DNA from: Candidatus Latescibacterota bacterium
Lineage (GTDB): Bacteria > Latescibacterota > UBA2968 > UBA8231
DNA: 64,000 nucleotides
Reading direction: 5' to 3'
Assembly: GCA_965203175.1 (NCBI GenBank)
Contig: OZ241867.1
Coordinates: 3,166,461-3,230,460, forward strand
Shown: positions 18,220 through 26,644 of the stretch, one piece after another
How the letters are laid out: every line of letters starts with the position of its first letter
How positions within the stretch are numbered: position 1 is the stretch's first letter
Made by a program: the position numbers and the translations under genes
Notes under the pieces: model-generated
What the model was told of the DNA's origin: nothing
What the model saw: only the letters and a program-made list of their open reading frames with translations
Database searches by the model: none

Positions 18220-19413
18220 ATGAGAATTATCGAGGGCGGTGGGGTCACTGCGCCGAGTGGGTACCGGGCGGCTGGCATCCAGACGGGTGTTAAGGAGTCG
18301 GGCACTAAGGATTTGGCGCTGGTGTATTCGACGCGCCCGGCGAATGCCGCTGCGGTGTACACCACCAACAAGGTGCAGGGTGCGCCGATTGCCATCGACC
18401 GCGAGCACCTCGCCGATGGCAAGGCGCGGGCCGTCATTCTCAACAGCGGCAACGCCAATGTCTGCAACGGCGACGTCGGCTTGGACCACGCCCGGCGGAT
18501 GTGCGCCTTGACGGCGAGCGAGTTGGGTCTGCAAACGGAAGAAGTGCTGGTCTGTTCCACCGGCTTGATCGGCGTGCCGCTGCCGATTGACAAAATCGAA
18601 GCGGGTATCCCGCAGATCGTTGCGGCGTTGTCCGAGGACGGTGGTGCGACTGCCGCTGAGGCGATCATGACTACGGACACCGTGCCGAAGAGTTGTGCTG
18701 TCGAGGTCGAGTTGGAAGCGGGCCGCGCCGTCGTTGGGGCGATGGCCAAAGGAGCGGCGATGATCGCACCCAACATGGCGACGATGCTGGCGGTGGTGAC
18801 CACGGACGCGGCTGTGCCCAGCGGACCATTGCAGGAACTGCTGTCGCAGGCCATCCAGCGCACGTTTAACTGCATTACGGTTGACGGTGACATGAGTACG
18901 AGTGACACGGTGATCCTGATGGCCAATGGCGACGGCGCGGAGTTAGGCGAACGCGATTGTGAGCGCCTCTACGAGGGCATTGAGTACGCGTGTCGGCAGA
19001 TGGCCCAGGCGATCGCGCGCGATGCCGAGGGGTCGTCCAAGCTGATTACCATAGCGGTGCGCGGTGCCGCCACTGAAGCGGAGGCGAGACAAGTCGGCAT
19101 TGCGGTGGCCAATTCGAGCTTGGTGAAGACCGCGGCGTTTGGCAACGATCCCAACTGGGGACGCATTCTGTGCGCGATGGGGTACGCTGGCGTCGAGTTC
19201 AATCCCGAGACCGCGCGCGTGTCGCTGTGCGGCACCGACATCTACGGCAACGGTGCCGGTCTCGATTTTGACGGAGATAAGCTGAGTGCGACCATGCAGG
19301 CCGAGGAAATGGCCATTGACATCGACTTGGCGATGGGCCAGGCCGCGGCTGAAATTTTTACCTGCGATCTGACGTACGAGTACGTGCGCCTGAACGCCGA
19401 ATACACTACCTGA
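18220..19413 (+). CDS. argJ: Bifunctional ornithine acetyltransferase / N-acetylglutamate synthase
   Basis: 397 aa. Contains the autoprocessing-site context ATMLAVVTTDA, and the C-terminus ends in YVRLNAEYTT. Confidence 0.92.
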   Translation: MRIIEGGGVTAPSGYRAAGIQTGVKESGTKDLALVYSTRPANAAAVYTTNKVQGAPIAIDREHLADGKARAVILNSGNANVCNGDVGLDHARRMCALTASELGLQTEEVLVCSTGLIGVPLPIDKIEAGIPQIVAALSEDGGATAAEAIMTTDTVPKSCAVEVELEAGRAVVGAMAKGAAMIAPNMATMLAVVTTDAAVPSGPLQELLSQAIQRTFNCITVDGDMSTSDTVILMANGDGAELGERDCERLYEGIEYACRQMAQAIARDAEGSSKLITIAVRGAATEAEARQVGIAVANSSLVKTAAFGNDPNWGRILCAMGYAGVEFNPETARVSLCGTDIYGNGAGLDFDGDKLSATMQAEEMAIDIDLAMGQAAAEIFTCDLTYEYVRLNAEYTT

Positions 19414-19419
19414 GGAACT

Positions 19420-20601
19420 ATGCCACTTTCGCACAATGTACAGCGCGTCCAGCCGTCGGTCACCATGCAGATTTCGGCGCGGGCTGCGGCCATGCAGCGC
19501 GCTGGTATCGATGTGGTTTCCCTGTCGGCGGGCGAGCCGGATTTCGATACGCCGCAAAACGTCAAAGACGCTGGCATCCGCGCCATTGCCGAGGGCTTTA
19601 CCAAGTACACCACGCCGGGGTCGGGGATCATCGAGCTCAAGGAGGCGATCTGCCGCAAATTCGAGCGCGACAACGGCTTGGTTTACACAACCGACGAAGT
19701 GATCGTCAACAACGGTGCCAAGCACTCGCTCTTTTTGGCAGTGGCGGCGCTGGTCAACGCTGGCGACGAGGTCATCATCCCCACGCCCTATTGGGTGACC
19801 TACTGCGAGCAGCCGCGGATAGTGGGCGGCGAGCCAGTGATTGTCGAGACCCAAGCTGCCAACGGTCTCAAGCTGACTGCGGACGAGTTCCGCGCCGCCA
19901 TCACGCCCCGCACGCGGATGCTTTTTTTGTGCTCGCCGTCCAATCCCAGCGGCGCGGTGTACACCCGCGAGGAGTTGGAGAGCTTGGCGGCAGTGGCCGT
20001 CGAGCACGAGGTCTATGTGCTCAGCGACGAGATTTACGAGAAGCTGATCTACGACGGGGCCGAGCACCACTCGATTGCCGCTTGTAGCCCGGAGGCCAAG
20101 GAATTCAGCATTGTGGTCAATGGAGTGTCCAAGGCCTATTCGATGACCGGCTGGCGCATCGGCTACACGGGGGCCAGCGAGGAGATCATCGCCGGAATGA
20201 ACAAGGTGCAAAGCCAGGAAGTGTCGCACCCTTCGTCGATGGCACAGAAAGCGGCTGTCGAGGCGCTCGACGGCCCGCAGGAGTCGGTCGAGGAAATGCG
20301 CCAAGCCTTTGATGCGCGGCGGCGCTACATGGTCGAGCGCCTCAACGCCATCGATGGCGTGGAATGTGTGTTGCCGTCGGGGGCCTTTTATGCCTATCCC
20401 GACGTCTCCGCGTACTACGGCAGCCAGGTCCGCGACTCAGTGGCATTGTGCGAGTATTTGCTTGAAGAGGCCAAGGTGGCCTGTGTGCCTGGCGCTGGCT
20501 TTGGCACCTACGAGCACATCCGCCTCTCCTACGCCACGTCGCTGGACCTGCTTGAAAAGGCGTTGGACCGAGTTGAGGCCGCGCTGGGCGCGTTGGCGTG
20601 A
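19420..20601 (+). CDS. Class I PLP-dependent (aspartate-type) aminotransferase
   Basis: 393 aa. Motifs SAGEPDFDTPQNVKDAG and SKAYSMTGWRIGY (PLP-binding lysine context). Confidence 0.85.
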   Translation: MPLSHNVQRVQPSVTMQISARAAAMQRAGIDVVSLSAGEPDFDTPQNVKDAGIRAIAEGFTKYTTPGSGIIELKEAICRKFERDNGLVYTTDEVIVNNGAKHSLFLAVAALVNAGDEVIIPTPYWVTYCEQPRIVGGEPVIVETQAANGLKLTADEFRAAITPRTRMLFLCSPSNPSGAVYTREELESLAAVAVEHEVYVLSDEIYEKLIYDGAEHHSIAACSPEAKEFSIVVNGVSKAYSMTGWRIGYTGASEEIIAGMNKVQSQEVSHPSSMAQKAAVEALDGPQESVEEMRQAFDARRRYMVERLNAIDGVECVLPSGAFYAYPDVSAYYGSQVRDSVALCEYLLEEAKVACVPGAGFGTYEHIRLSYATSLDLLEKALDRVEAALGALA

Positions 20602-20613
20602 ATAGGGGATTGC

Positions 20614-20633
20614 CAATTGCGAATTCGCAATTG
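20614..20633. repeat. Perfect 20-nt palindrome CAATTGCGAATTCGCAATTG in the aminotransferase-accA spacer
   Basis: All 10 base pairs were checked position by position. It lies 13 nt after the aminotransferase gene's TGA stop and about 10 nt before the accA SD (GGAGG). No U-tract follows it. Confidence 0.9.
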
Positions 20634-20654
20634 CTAACCTAGGAGGTTTGTCCC

Positions 20655-21617
20655 GTGAATAAAAATGGATTTTACCTCGATTTTGAACGCGATCTCGTCG
20701 AGCTAGAAAAGAAAATCGACGACCTAAAAGAACAGGCCAAGACCAATGGCTTGAATTTGGATGAGGGCGTGCGCAAGCTCGAGACGCAGGCCGCGAAGAA
20801 GCGCCGAGAGATCTACAACAATCTCACCCCTTGGCAGCAGGTGCAGATTGCGCGGCACCCGCATCGCCCCTACGCGCTCGATTACGTCGAGCGGATGCTT
20901 TCTGACTTCACCGAGCTACACGGCGACCGCTTCTTTGCCGACGACGCTTCCATCATTGGCGGCCCGGCGCGGCTGGACGACGAATCGGTCATGGTCATCG
21001 GCATCCAGAGCGGGCGCAACCTCGAAGAGCGGCAAAAGCGCAACTTTGGCATGCCGCATCCAGAAGGATATCGCAAGGCCCGACGCCTGATGCAGATGGC
21101 GGCCAAGTTCAATTTGCCGATCTTGACCTTGGTCGATACATCGGGTGCCTATCCTGGGATCCAGGCCGAGGAGCGGGGCCAAGCCGAGGCCATCGCCCGC
21201 AACCTCTACGAAATGTCGCATCTGCCGGTACCCATCGTCGTGGCCATCATCGGCCAGGCCTTCAGCGGCGGTGCCATTGGCATTACGGTCGGCGACCGGA
21301 TCCTGATGCTGGAGCACGCCTGTTATTCAGTGATTGTGCCGGAGAGTTGCTCGACGATCTTGTTCAAGGTGCGCGAGCGCAGGGAGGAAGCGGCTGAGGC
21401 TCTCAGGCTCACGGCTAAAGATCTGAAGCAGCAGGGGATCATCGACCGCATCGTGCCGGAGCCGTTGGGTGGAGCGCACCACGATTGGGATAATACGGCC
21501 TCCGCGCTCAAGCGTTGCGTACAAGATGCGCTAGCCGAGCTTCAGCGACTCGATCCAGAAGAGCTAATCGCTCAGCGGCTGGATAAGTTCGCGGCGATGG
21601 CGCGCTTTGAGGAGTAG
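20655..21617 (+). CDS. accA: Acetyl-CoA carboxylase carboxyltransferase alpha subunit
   Basis: 320 aa with a GTG start. Motifs LDFERDLVELEKKIDDLK, ARHPHRPY, PEGYRKA.RLM..A.KF.LPI.T.VDT.GAYPG. Confidence 0.92.
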   Translation: MNKNGFYLDFERDLVELEKKIDDLKEQAKTNGLNLDEGVRKLETQAAKKRREIYNNLTPWQQVQIARHPHRPYALDYVERMLSDFTELHGDRFFADDASIIGGPARLDDESVMVIGIQSGRNLEERQKRNFGMPHPEGYRKARRLMQMAAKFNLPILTLVDTSGAYPGIQAEERGQAEAIARNLYEMSHLPVPIVVAIIGQAFSGGAIGITVGDRILMLEHACYSVIVPESCSTILFKVRERREEAAEALRLTAKDLKQQGIIDRIVPEPLGGAHHDWDNTASALKRCVQDALAELQRLDPEELIAQRLDKFAAMARFEE

Positions 21618-21640
21618 TCCCAACGTTTGGGAACTGCGCT

Positions 21641-22780
21641 TCAATTGACAGTACCGGCACTTGCCTCTCTCCGCCACCGCTCAAGTGGGTGTTCGCGCGG
21701 CGTTAGCGGCATGTACACCCGTGCCTGGCGCCGATGTGACTCCCACGTCGCCTGTATCATTTCGAGACAATCCCGACCATCCCTGCCGCTGGCAAACGGT
21801 TCCCGGTCTTCCTCAATGGCGGCGATGAGATCGCGCAGCATGAGGCGTTGCAAGAGCAAGCGTATGGATGTCCGATCGCGTGGATTGCCGTGCTCGTCGA
21901 GGTCTTCGGCTGGCAGATGCACGGGTTCCCACGCCTCGGCCGGCGTCTTGTGTTGTCCTTTGTGGATAAACATCGTCGTGCCCACGCTCTCCCGCACGGC
22001 GATGCGCCCTTCGGTGCCGATGATGTCAATGCCGTAGCCGTTGTCGTTGGTCTGCGGCTGGGCGAGGAACTGCACATCTGCATGGATGCCGTTGGCAAAG
22101 CGGAACGAGGCGTGTCCGCGCTCGCCGAGCACAATCCCCGCATCGCGGTCTTTCGGGTGCACCTCTTGGGTGTGTTTGATGTCATCGACAGTTGACTCGC
22201 GTCCATCCATCTGCACGAGGTGCGCGTGCGTCCACTCGACATCACCGCCAAAGAGACGCACCCAATCGTAGAGATGGGTGCCCATTTCCATCAGCGAGTT
22301 GCCCACCTTGCGGCCCCCTTTGTCGGTTGCCTGCAGTAACACCACTTGGCCGATTGCGCCTTGGTCGATCAGCGAGAGGGCGTGGCGGTTGTACGGGCTG
22401 GCGCGTTTGATGTGGTTAATGGCAAACTTGACGCCGTGCTGGTCGCAGGTTGCAACCATCTCGTCGGCTTCGATGAGATTCAGGGCAATCGGCTTTTCGC
22501 AGAACACGTGGATGCCGCGCTGGGCTGCGGCAATCGTCGGCTGGTGGTGCATGGGTGCTTGCGTTGGGACGATGACGAGGTCGGGCTGTTGCTCATCGAG
22601 CATTTTCTCGTAGTCGTCGTAGAGGGCTTGGATGCCAAAGCGCTCTCCCCATGCCGCCGCCCGCTCGGGGTCGATTTCTGCTCCGGCGACTAGTTCGCAG
22701 TTTGCCTCTAACTGTACGGCCTCCGCATGGTGCCCGCCCATGCCGCCGAGGCCGATAATCGCAATGCGGTAGTTGTTCAT
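21641..22780 (-). CDS. Gfo/Idh/MocA-family NAD(P)-dependent oxidoreductase
   Basis: 379 aa. Rossmann N-terminus MNNYRIAIIGLGGMGGHHA and the EKP motif VFCEKPIA. Confidence 0.8.
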   Translation of the reverse strand: MNNYRIAIIGLGGMGGHHAEAVQLEANCELVAGAEIDPERAAAWGERFGIQALYDDYEKMLDEQQPDLVIVPTQAPMHHQPTIAAAQRGIHVFCEKPIALNLIEADEMVATCDQHGVKFAINHIKRASPYNRHALSLIDQGAIGQVVLLQATDKGGRKVGNSLMEMGTHLYDWVRLFGGDVEWTHAHLVQMDGRESTVDDIKHTQEVHPKDRDAGIVLGERGHASFRFANGIHADVQFLAQPQTNDNGYGIDIIGTEGRIAVRESVGTTMFIHKGQHKTPAEAWEPVHLPAEDLDEHGNPRDRTSIRLLLQRLMLRDLIAAIEEDREPFASGRDGRDCLEMIQATWESHRRQARVYMPLTPREHPLERWRREASAGTVN

Positions 22781-22837
22781 AAAGATGTCTCATCGTTCAC
22801 GCCTACGATTGTCTCGTAGGCGCGAACTCTATTTGGC

Positions 22838-23713
22838 TCAGGCGCGCCGCAAGCGGTCGAAGAGCCGCTCTAGGCGGTCGAAGGCGAGGCGGATCATGTC
22901 TTCGTCCCAGTCGCCGTCAATTTTGATCTGGACCATGGACTGGAGGGTTTCTAGATAGGCTCGTTGCGTCTCGGTTAAGGGGCGTTCTTGGCGGTCTGAG
23001 CGTTCGGACCGTTCCGAACGGTCTTGTCGTTCTTGTTGTTGTCGCTCTTGTCGTTCGGAAGTGGTGCGCTTGGTGCGTCCGTCGCGCCCGGAGCGCTCCT
23101 TGGGGGCGGGTTCGCGGACGCTGCGAGCCTCTTTTTTAGGCGCAGGCGCGGGTTCGGGAGTTTCTTCTTGGGGTTCGGGTTCGGCGACCGCTTCCTCTTG
23201 CGGGGCGGAGGGGTCGCCAAAATCGGCTTCGGCGATGAGATACTTGAAAAACATCTTCATCTTGTTGGCCGAATCGCGCCCCATGCCGGTGCGATTGCGG
23301 AAGTAATCGACAATCGCGTCGTCGCTCATGTTGCCGTTGTTCTGCTCCCACTCTGGCAGCAGGTCTTTGTAGAGGTCGCGGATCACTTCGGCGATGGCGA
23401 ATTTGCGCGTCTCCTTGGGGACTATCCGCAACAGTAGGTCCGTGGGCTTTTGGTCGCGGTCGGTCAGGTTCATGGACTCGATGCCGCGCAAAAAGCGGTG
23501 AATCATCGACGGGGTGCGAATAATAGGCCGCACGTAGTCGCGGTCGATTTGGTCGGGGATCTTGGTCTCCAGCCGCGAGAGGAACCGCTCGAACTGCACC
23601 TTGGTGATGTAGGGAAACCATGCCCGGTCCTGCCGGCCGCCATTTTCCCCTGATCCTTCTTCTACTGTCGTCTCAGCGGCGTCTTGGCGTACTTCTTCCA
23701 TTGTCGTCTCCAT
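22838..23713 (-). CDS. Hypothetical protein with an acidic N-terminus, a globular core and a highly charged low-complexity region
   Basis: 291 aa. Low-complexity stretch: KERSGRDGRTKRTTSERQERQQQERQDRSERSERSDRQERP. The core may resemble a DUF5343-type domain, but I am not sure of that. Confidence 0.4.
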   Translation of the reverse strand: METTMEEVRQDAAETTVEEGSGENGGRQDRAWFPYITKVQFERFLSRLETKIPDQIDRDYVRPIIRTPSMIHRFLRGIESMNLTDRDQKPTDLLLRIVPKETRKFAIAEVIRDLYKDLLPEWEQNNGNMSDDAIVDYFRNRTGMGRDSANKMKMFFKYLIAEADFGDPSAPQEEAVAEPEPQEETPEPAPAPKKEARSVREPAPKERSGRDGRTKRTTSERQERQQQERQDRSERSERSDRQERPLTETQRAYLETLQSMVQIKIDGDWDEDMIRLAFDRLERLFDRLRRA

Positions 23714-23739
23714 TCGATAAGTTGATATGTCTCCGGGCG

Positions 23740-24099
23740 TTAGGGCTGCGGGGCAAATTCGGCCGTTACGACGGCGGAAATGCCTCCGCGCACATTGAAT
23801 TCTCCCACTACGGTCATGCGCCGCGGCGCGCAGGCGGCCACCAAATCATTGAGAATGGTGTTGGTGACCGCTTCGTAGTAAGCGCCTTCTTGGCGAAAGG
23901 ACCACAGGTAGAGCTTGAGCGATTTGAGCTCAATGCACTGTTGGTCGGGCACGTAGCGGATGTGGATGGTGCCGAAATCAGGTTGCCCGGTTACGGGACA
24001 TATCGAAGTGAATTCCGGACACGAGAATTCGATTGTGTAGTCGCGGTCCGGATAGGGATTGGCAAAAACCGCTAGGTCTTTGCTCGGCTCGGTAGCCAT
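23740..24099 (-). CDS. queF: NADPH-dependent 7-cyano-7-deazaguanine (preQ0) reductase, type I
   Basis: Motifs [19 protein letters not shown] and [14 protein letters not shown]. Internal ATG 24099 chosen (MATEPSKDL...), with SD AGGAG upstream. Confidence 0.88.
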   Translation of the reverse strand: MATEPSKDLAVFANPYPDRDYTIEFSCPEFTSICPVTGQPDFGTIHIRYVPDQQCIELKSLKLYLWSFRQEGAYYEAVTNTILNDLVAACAPRRMTVVGEFNVRGGISAVVTAEFAPQP

Positions 24100-24151
24100 G
24101 AAAATTTCGTCTCCTAACAGCCTAAAAACACTTAAAGATAAGGCCAAATGG

Positions 24152-24192
24152 GTGACTTGGCTATGCCGAGACAAAGCACTCGATGACGTTTG
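24152..24192. repeat. Left copy of the 41-nt direct repeat flanking the vapBC cassette (degenerate duplicate of the upstream gene's 3' end)
   Basis: 36 of 41 nt are identical to 25049..25089. The repeat retains the stop-codon position of the DMFase-like gene (cta at 24161-24163, matching 25058-25060). Confidence 0.8.
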
Positions 24193-24208
24193 CAGGGCAC
24201 TGTGAAGA

Positions 24209-24622
24209 CTACCGGTACGTGAACGGGTTTATGACCCGGAGGCCATCGTAGTCCTGTTCCGAACTGAGGTCCTCAGAATAGATCACGTCGCAGCCGAGGG
24301 TCTGGGCTGCGGCAAGGATCGCGCCGTCCCAATAAGACAGCCGAAAGCGTCGGCTGATGGCCACGGCCTCCAGAAAAACGTCCATCGTCATGGTCTGAAT
24401 CCGGAACAGCAGAATCGGCTCTAGGAATTGCAATGCTCTATTGCCAGAAAGACTGCGGATCCGTGTCGGCCGGGTGGCTTGGTGATAGAATTCCTGCAGC
24501 ACCTGAACGGACGCGGCGAGGTCGGGTTCTATCAGGACTTCCCGCGCCCGGGCCCGCTTGTCGGCCTCCTCCGGGACCTCGCTGACAGCGTACAGCAGGA
24601 CATTAGTATCTACGAATCGCAT
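24209..24622 (-). CDS. vapC: PIN-domain toxin (VapC family)
   Basis: 137 aa from the internal ATG at 24622. N-terminus [13 protein letters not shown]; acidic PIN residues in VLQEFYH and VIYSEDL. Confidence 0.8.
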   Translation of the reverse strand: MRFVDTNVLLYAVSEVPEEADKRARAREVLIEPDLAASVQVLQEFYHQATRPTRIRSLSGNRALQFLEPILLFRIQTMTMDVFLEAVAISRRFRLSYWDGAILAAAQTLGCDVIYSEDLSSEQDYDGLRVINPFTYR

Positions 24623-24972
24623 GGCGAGGTTTTGAGTGCTTCGGAGATGCTGCGCTGCCGCTCGCGCTCGGCGACAGCCTCGGCCCTTGCCGCGACGCGG
24701 TCGTACAACGCCTCTCTGGGCAGGTTGTCGGACATCCGCAACCCAATACCCTGCCCATCGAAGTCCGCGAGCACTTCCCGCAGCAGCCTGCACCGACGCT
24801 GATAGATGGTTTCGCTAGACTCGGCACTAGCTTCGCCCCCCGCATCCGGATCCGCCGCCAGATGTCTCAGGTAGTCTCGCACAAGGGCCGATACCGAGGT
24901 GTCCAATTCCGCCGCCCGGATGCGGGCGAGCCGGTGGGTCTGTTCGTCGATGGATACGGTGATGTTCTTCAT
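24610..24972 (-). CDS. vapB: Ribbon-helix-helix antitoxin (VapB/CopG-like)
   Basis: 120 aa from ATG 24972. N-terminus MKNITVSIDEQTHRLARIRAAELDTSVSALVRDYLRHL. Its 3' end overlaps the vapC start by 13 nt. Confidence 0.65.
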   Translation of the reverse strand: MKNITVSIDEQTHRLARIRAAELDTSVSALVRDYLRHLAADPDAGGEASAESSETIYQRRCRLLREVLADFDGQGIGLRMSDNLPREALYDRVAARAEAVAERERQRSISEALKTSPCDS

Positions 24973-25031
24973 ATTCACAGTTTCACAGTTTCTGTGTAGC
25001 ACAATATAGGTGCTCATTGGCCGATGGGCAA
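24973..25031 (-). promoter_or_regulatory. Candidate vapBC promoter with operator repeats
   Basis: Minus strand reads TTGCCC, 17 nt, TATATT (plus-strand 25031-25026 and 25008-25003). This is followed by CACAG-N3-CTGTG plus a further CTGTG repeat (plus-strand 24976-24996), directly upstream of the vapB ATG. Confidence 0.45.
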
Positions 25032-25048
25032 TGCCTGCGGCGGCGCGG

Positions 25049-25089
25049 GTGCCTTGGCTATGCTGCGCCAAAGCGCTCGATGACGTTTG
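25049..25089. repeat. Right copy of the 41-nt direct repeat (genuine 3' end of the DMFase-like gene)
   Basis: See 24152..24192. Covers the last 10 codons, the stop codon and 9 downstream nt of ORF 25058..26641. Confidence 0.8.
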
Positions 25090-26641
25090 TGGTAATGCGC
25101 GAGACAGTCTCGTCCACGAGAATCGAGGCTGGATAGGTGATGGAGCCGACGGAAAAAACCGCGCCGCCGCTCTCCGTCTCGTAATAGACCATTTCCGCGC
25201 CGCCGCGATCTGGATTGAGGCCGCGGGCGATGATTTCGATGTTGGGGGGCGAAGAGGGCGAGGTCTTGTCGGTCTCGTGGCCGGAAGCGCCGCCGGGTAC
25301 CCGCTCGTGCAGGCTGGCCTCGCCGAAGGTCTCGCCGTTTTTGACGCCTGTGTTGGCGAAAATCCAGTGGTCGGCGTCGAGGACTTGATACGGCGCAGCC
25401 GTCATAATGCCCGCAGTGGTACAGACCACGCCGAGCAGGTTGGCCTCGGACTCGTGGTACTGATGAAAGCGGCTCTCGTGGCCCTCGGCCCGCTGGATGC
25501 GCGCGTGGCCGTTTTTGACCTTCATCGTCTGCTCGTCGAGCATCTCCACTTCGCAGTTGAGGCCGTTGCCTCCCAAGTACATGAGTTTGCCGCCGCGCTC
25601 GCGCACCCACGCCTTGAGGTCGTAGTACATCTTGCGCGACCAGTACTCGGGATGGGTGGTGATGATGAGGATTTTGTACTGGTCGAGGTCGAGCTGGTCA
25701 AAGTGAAATTGGGTCTCGGCGTACAGGTCGTAGGCATAACCCTCGCGCTCCATCCAGCCGAGGAAGCGCCACTCGGCCGGGGCCACGTGCGAGGCCGAGC
25801 GTCCCGCGATGGGGTCGGTGATCTCTGTGCCCTCGGGAACGTGGTTGAGCGGCTCGGGCCGGTCGAAGGAGAGGGGGGCGTAGTCCTCGGCGTCGAAGTT
25901 GAGGTGCTCGCGGTCGGTGTAGCGCTTCAGTTCTAGGCGGGCATTGATCGTGGGCGTGGGCGGAAAGCAGTCGGCGTGGATGTAGTTGGAGCGCCCGCCG
26001 AAGTTGTTGTACGCGTTCCAGTTGATGTTGGCGGCGAGGACTGCGATGTCCGCGCTGGGGGCGGCTGGGGCGACGATCCAGGGAAAGGAGAAAAATGCGC
26101 CGGACTCGCCTTTGGCGTGGAAGTAGTACAGGCCAGAGCGTTCCGGCGCGGTGACGAATTGTTTGTGGTTGGGGCTGGTGTAACCAAACTTGTTCCACGT
26201 CACCCCGGTCTGGGTGTAGTCGCCGTCCGGAGTGATCTGCATGGTGGCGCGCGGCCCGTGCTCGTCGAACCAGCCCAGCGGGCGGATGTGCTCTTTTTCC
26301 CAGCCGTAGCGCCACAAATCGAGGCGGTAGGCTTCGAGCGCGTGGACGCGGAACTCGGATTGCTCGCCCGCTTGGACCCACTTGGGCCAGGCGTAGCCGA
26401 GCAACTGATGCGCGAGCAAGCGGAATTGGTGCGGCCGCTCGGGGTGGATGTTGATCTGCCCGCGCTTGGGGCCGAAGCCATCTTTTTGCAAGGTCACGGT
26501 GTAGGGGCCGGGGGGAACGTCGGCGAAGACCTCGCCGGTGGCCCGCGAGCGGGTTTCGACGTGCAGGTCTTCGTTGGCGATTTCGAACTGCACGTCGTGC
26601 AGGGCGATGTAGCGTTCGTCGCTGACGTAGCCGATTAGCAT
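25058..26641 (-). CDS. N,N-dimethylformamidase large-subunit-like (DUF6605-type) protein with an N-terminal carboxypeptidase-regulatory-like beta-sandwich
   Basis: 527 aa. The segment ILIITTHPEYWSRKMYYDLKAWVRERGGKLMYLGGNG matches my memory of the HPEYW...GGxLxYLGGN signature of this family. N-terminus: MLIGYVSDERYIALHDVQFEI...GPYTVTLQKDGF. Confidence 0.5.
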   Translation of the reverse strand: MLIGYVSDERYIALHDVQFEIANEDLHVETRSRATGEVFADVPPGPYTVTLQKDGFGPKRGQINIHPERPHQFRLLAHQLLGYAWPKWVQAGEQSEFRVHALEAYRLDLWRYGWEKEHIRPLGWFDEHGPRATMQITPDGDYTQTGVTWNKFGYTSPNHKQFVTAPERSGLYYFHAKGESGAFFSFPWIVAPAAPSADIAVLAANINWNAYNNFGGRSNYIHADCFPPTPTINARLELKRYTDREHLNFDAEDYAPLSFDRPEPLNHVPEGTEITDPIAGRSASHVAPAEWRFLGWMEREGYAYDLYAETQFHFDQLDLDQYKILIITTHPEYWSRKMYYDLKAWVRERGGKLMYLGGNGLNCEVEMLDEQTMKVKNGHARIQRAEGHESRFHQYHESEANLLGVVCTTAGIMTAAPYQVLDADHWIFANTGVKNGETFGEASLHERVPGGASGHETDKTSPSSPPNIEIIARGLNPDRGGAEMVYYETESGGAVFSVGSITYPASILVDETVSRITTNVIERFGAA

Positions 26642-26644
26642 GGG

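Noticed and set aside
18943-20304. 453-aa minus-strand ORF antisense to argJ and the aminotransferase (similar cases: 17979-18926, 16970-17779, 14573-15607)
   Set aside because: These are shadow ORFs of well-supported genes. They have no SD or start context, and their composition is typical of GC-rich antisense frames.
22975-23437. ORFs 22975-23220 (-) and 23024-23437 (+) overlapping the charged-repeat protein
   Set aside because: These are alternative or antisense readings of a low-complexity repeat. The 291-aa frame is the only one with a structured N-terminal domain and sensible start and stop context.
24100-24208. preQ1 riboswitch upstream of queF (also looked upstream of queC)
   Set aside because: The reverse-complemented leader shows no P1 hairpin followed by the A-rich CUA tail typical of preQ1-I. 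In addition, queC has no leader at all because its start overlaps the upstream stop.
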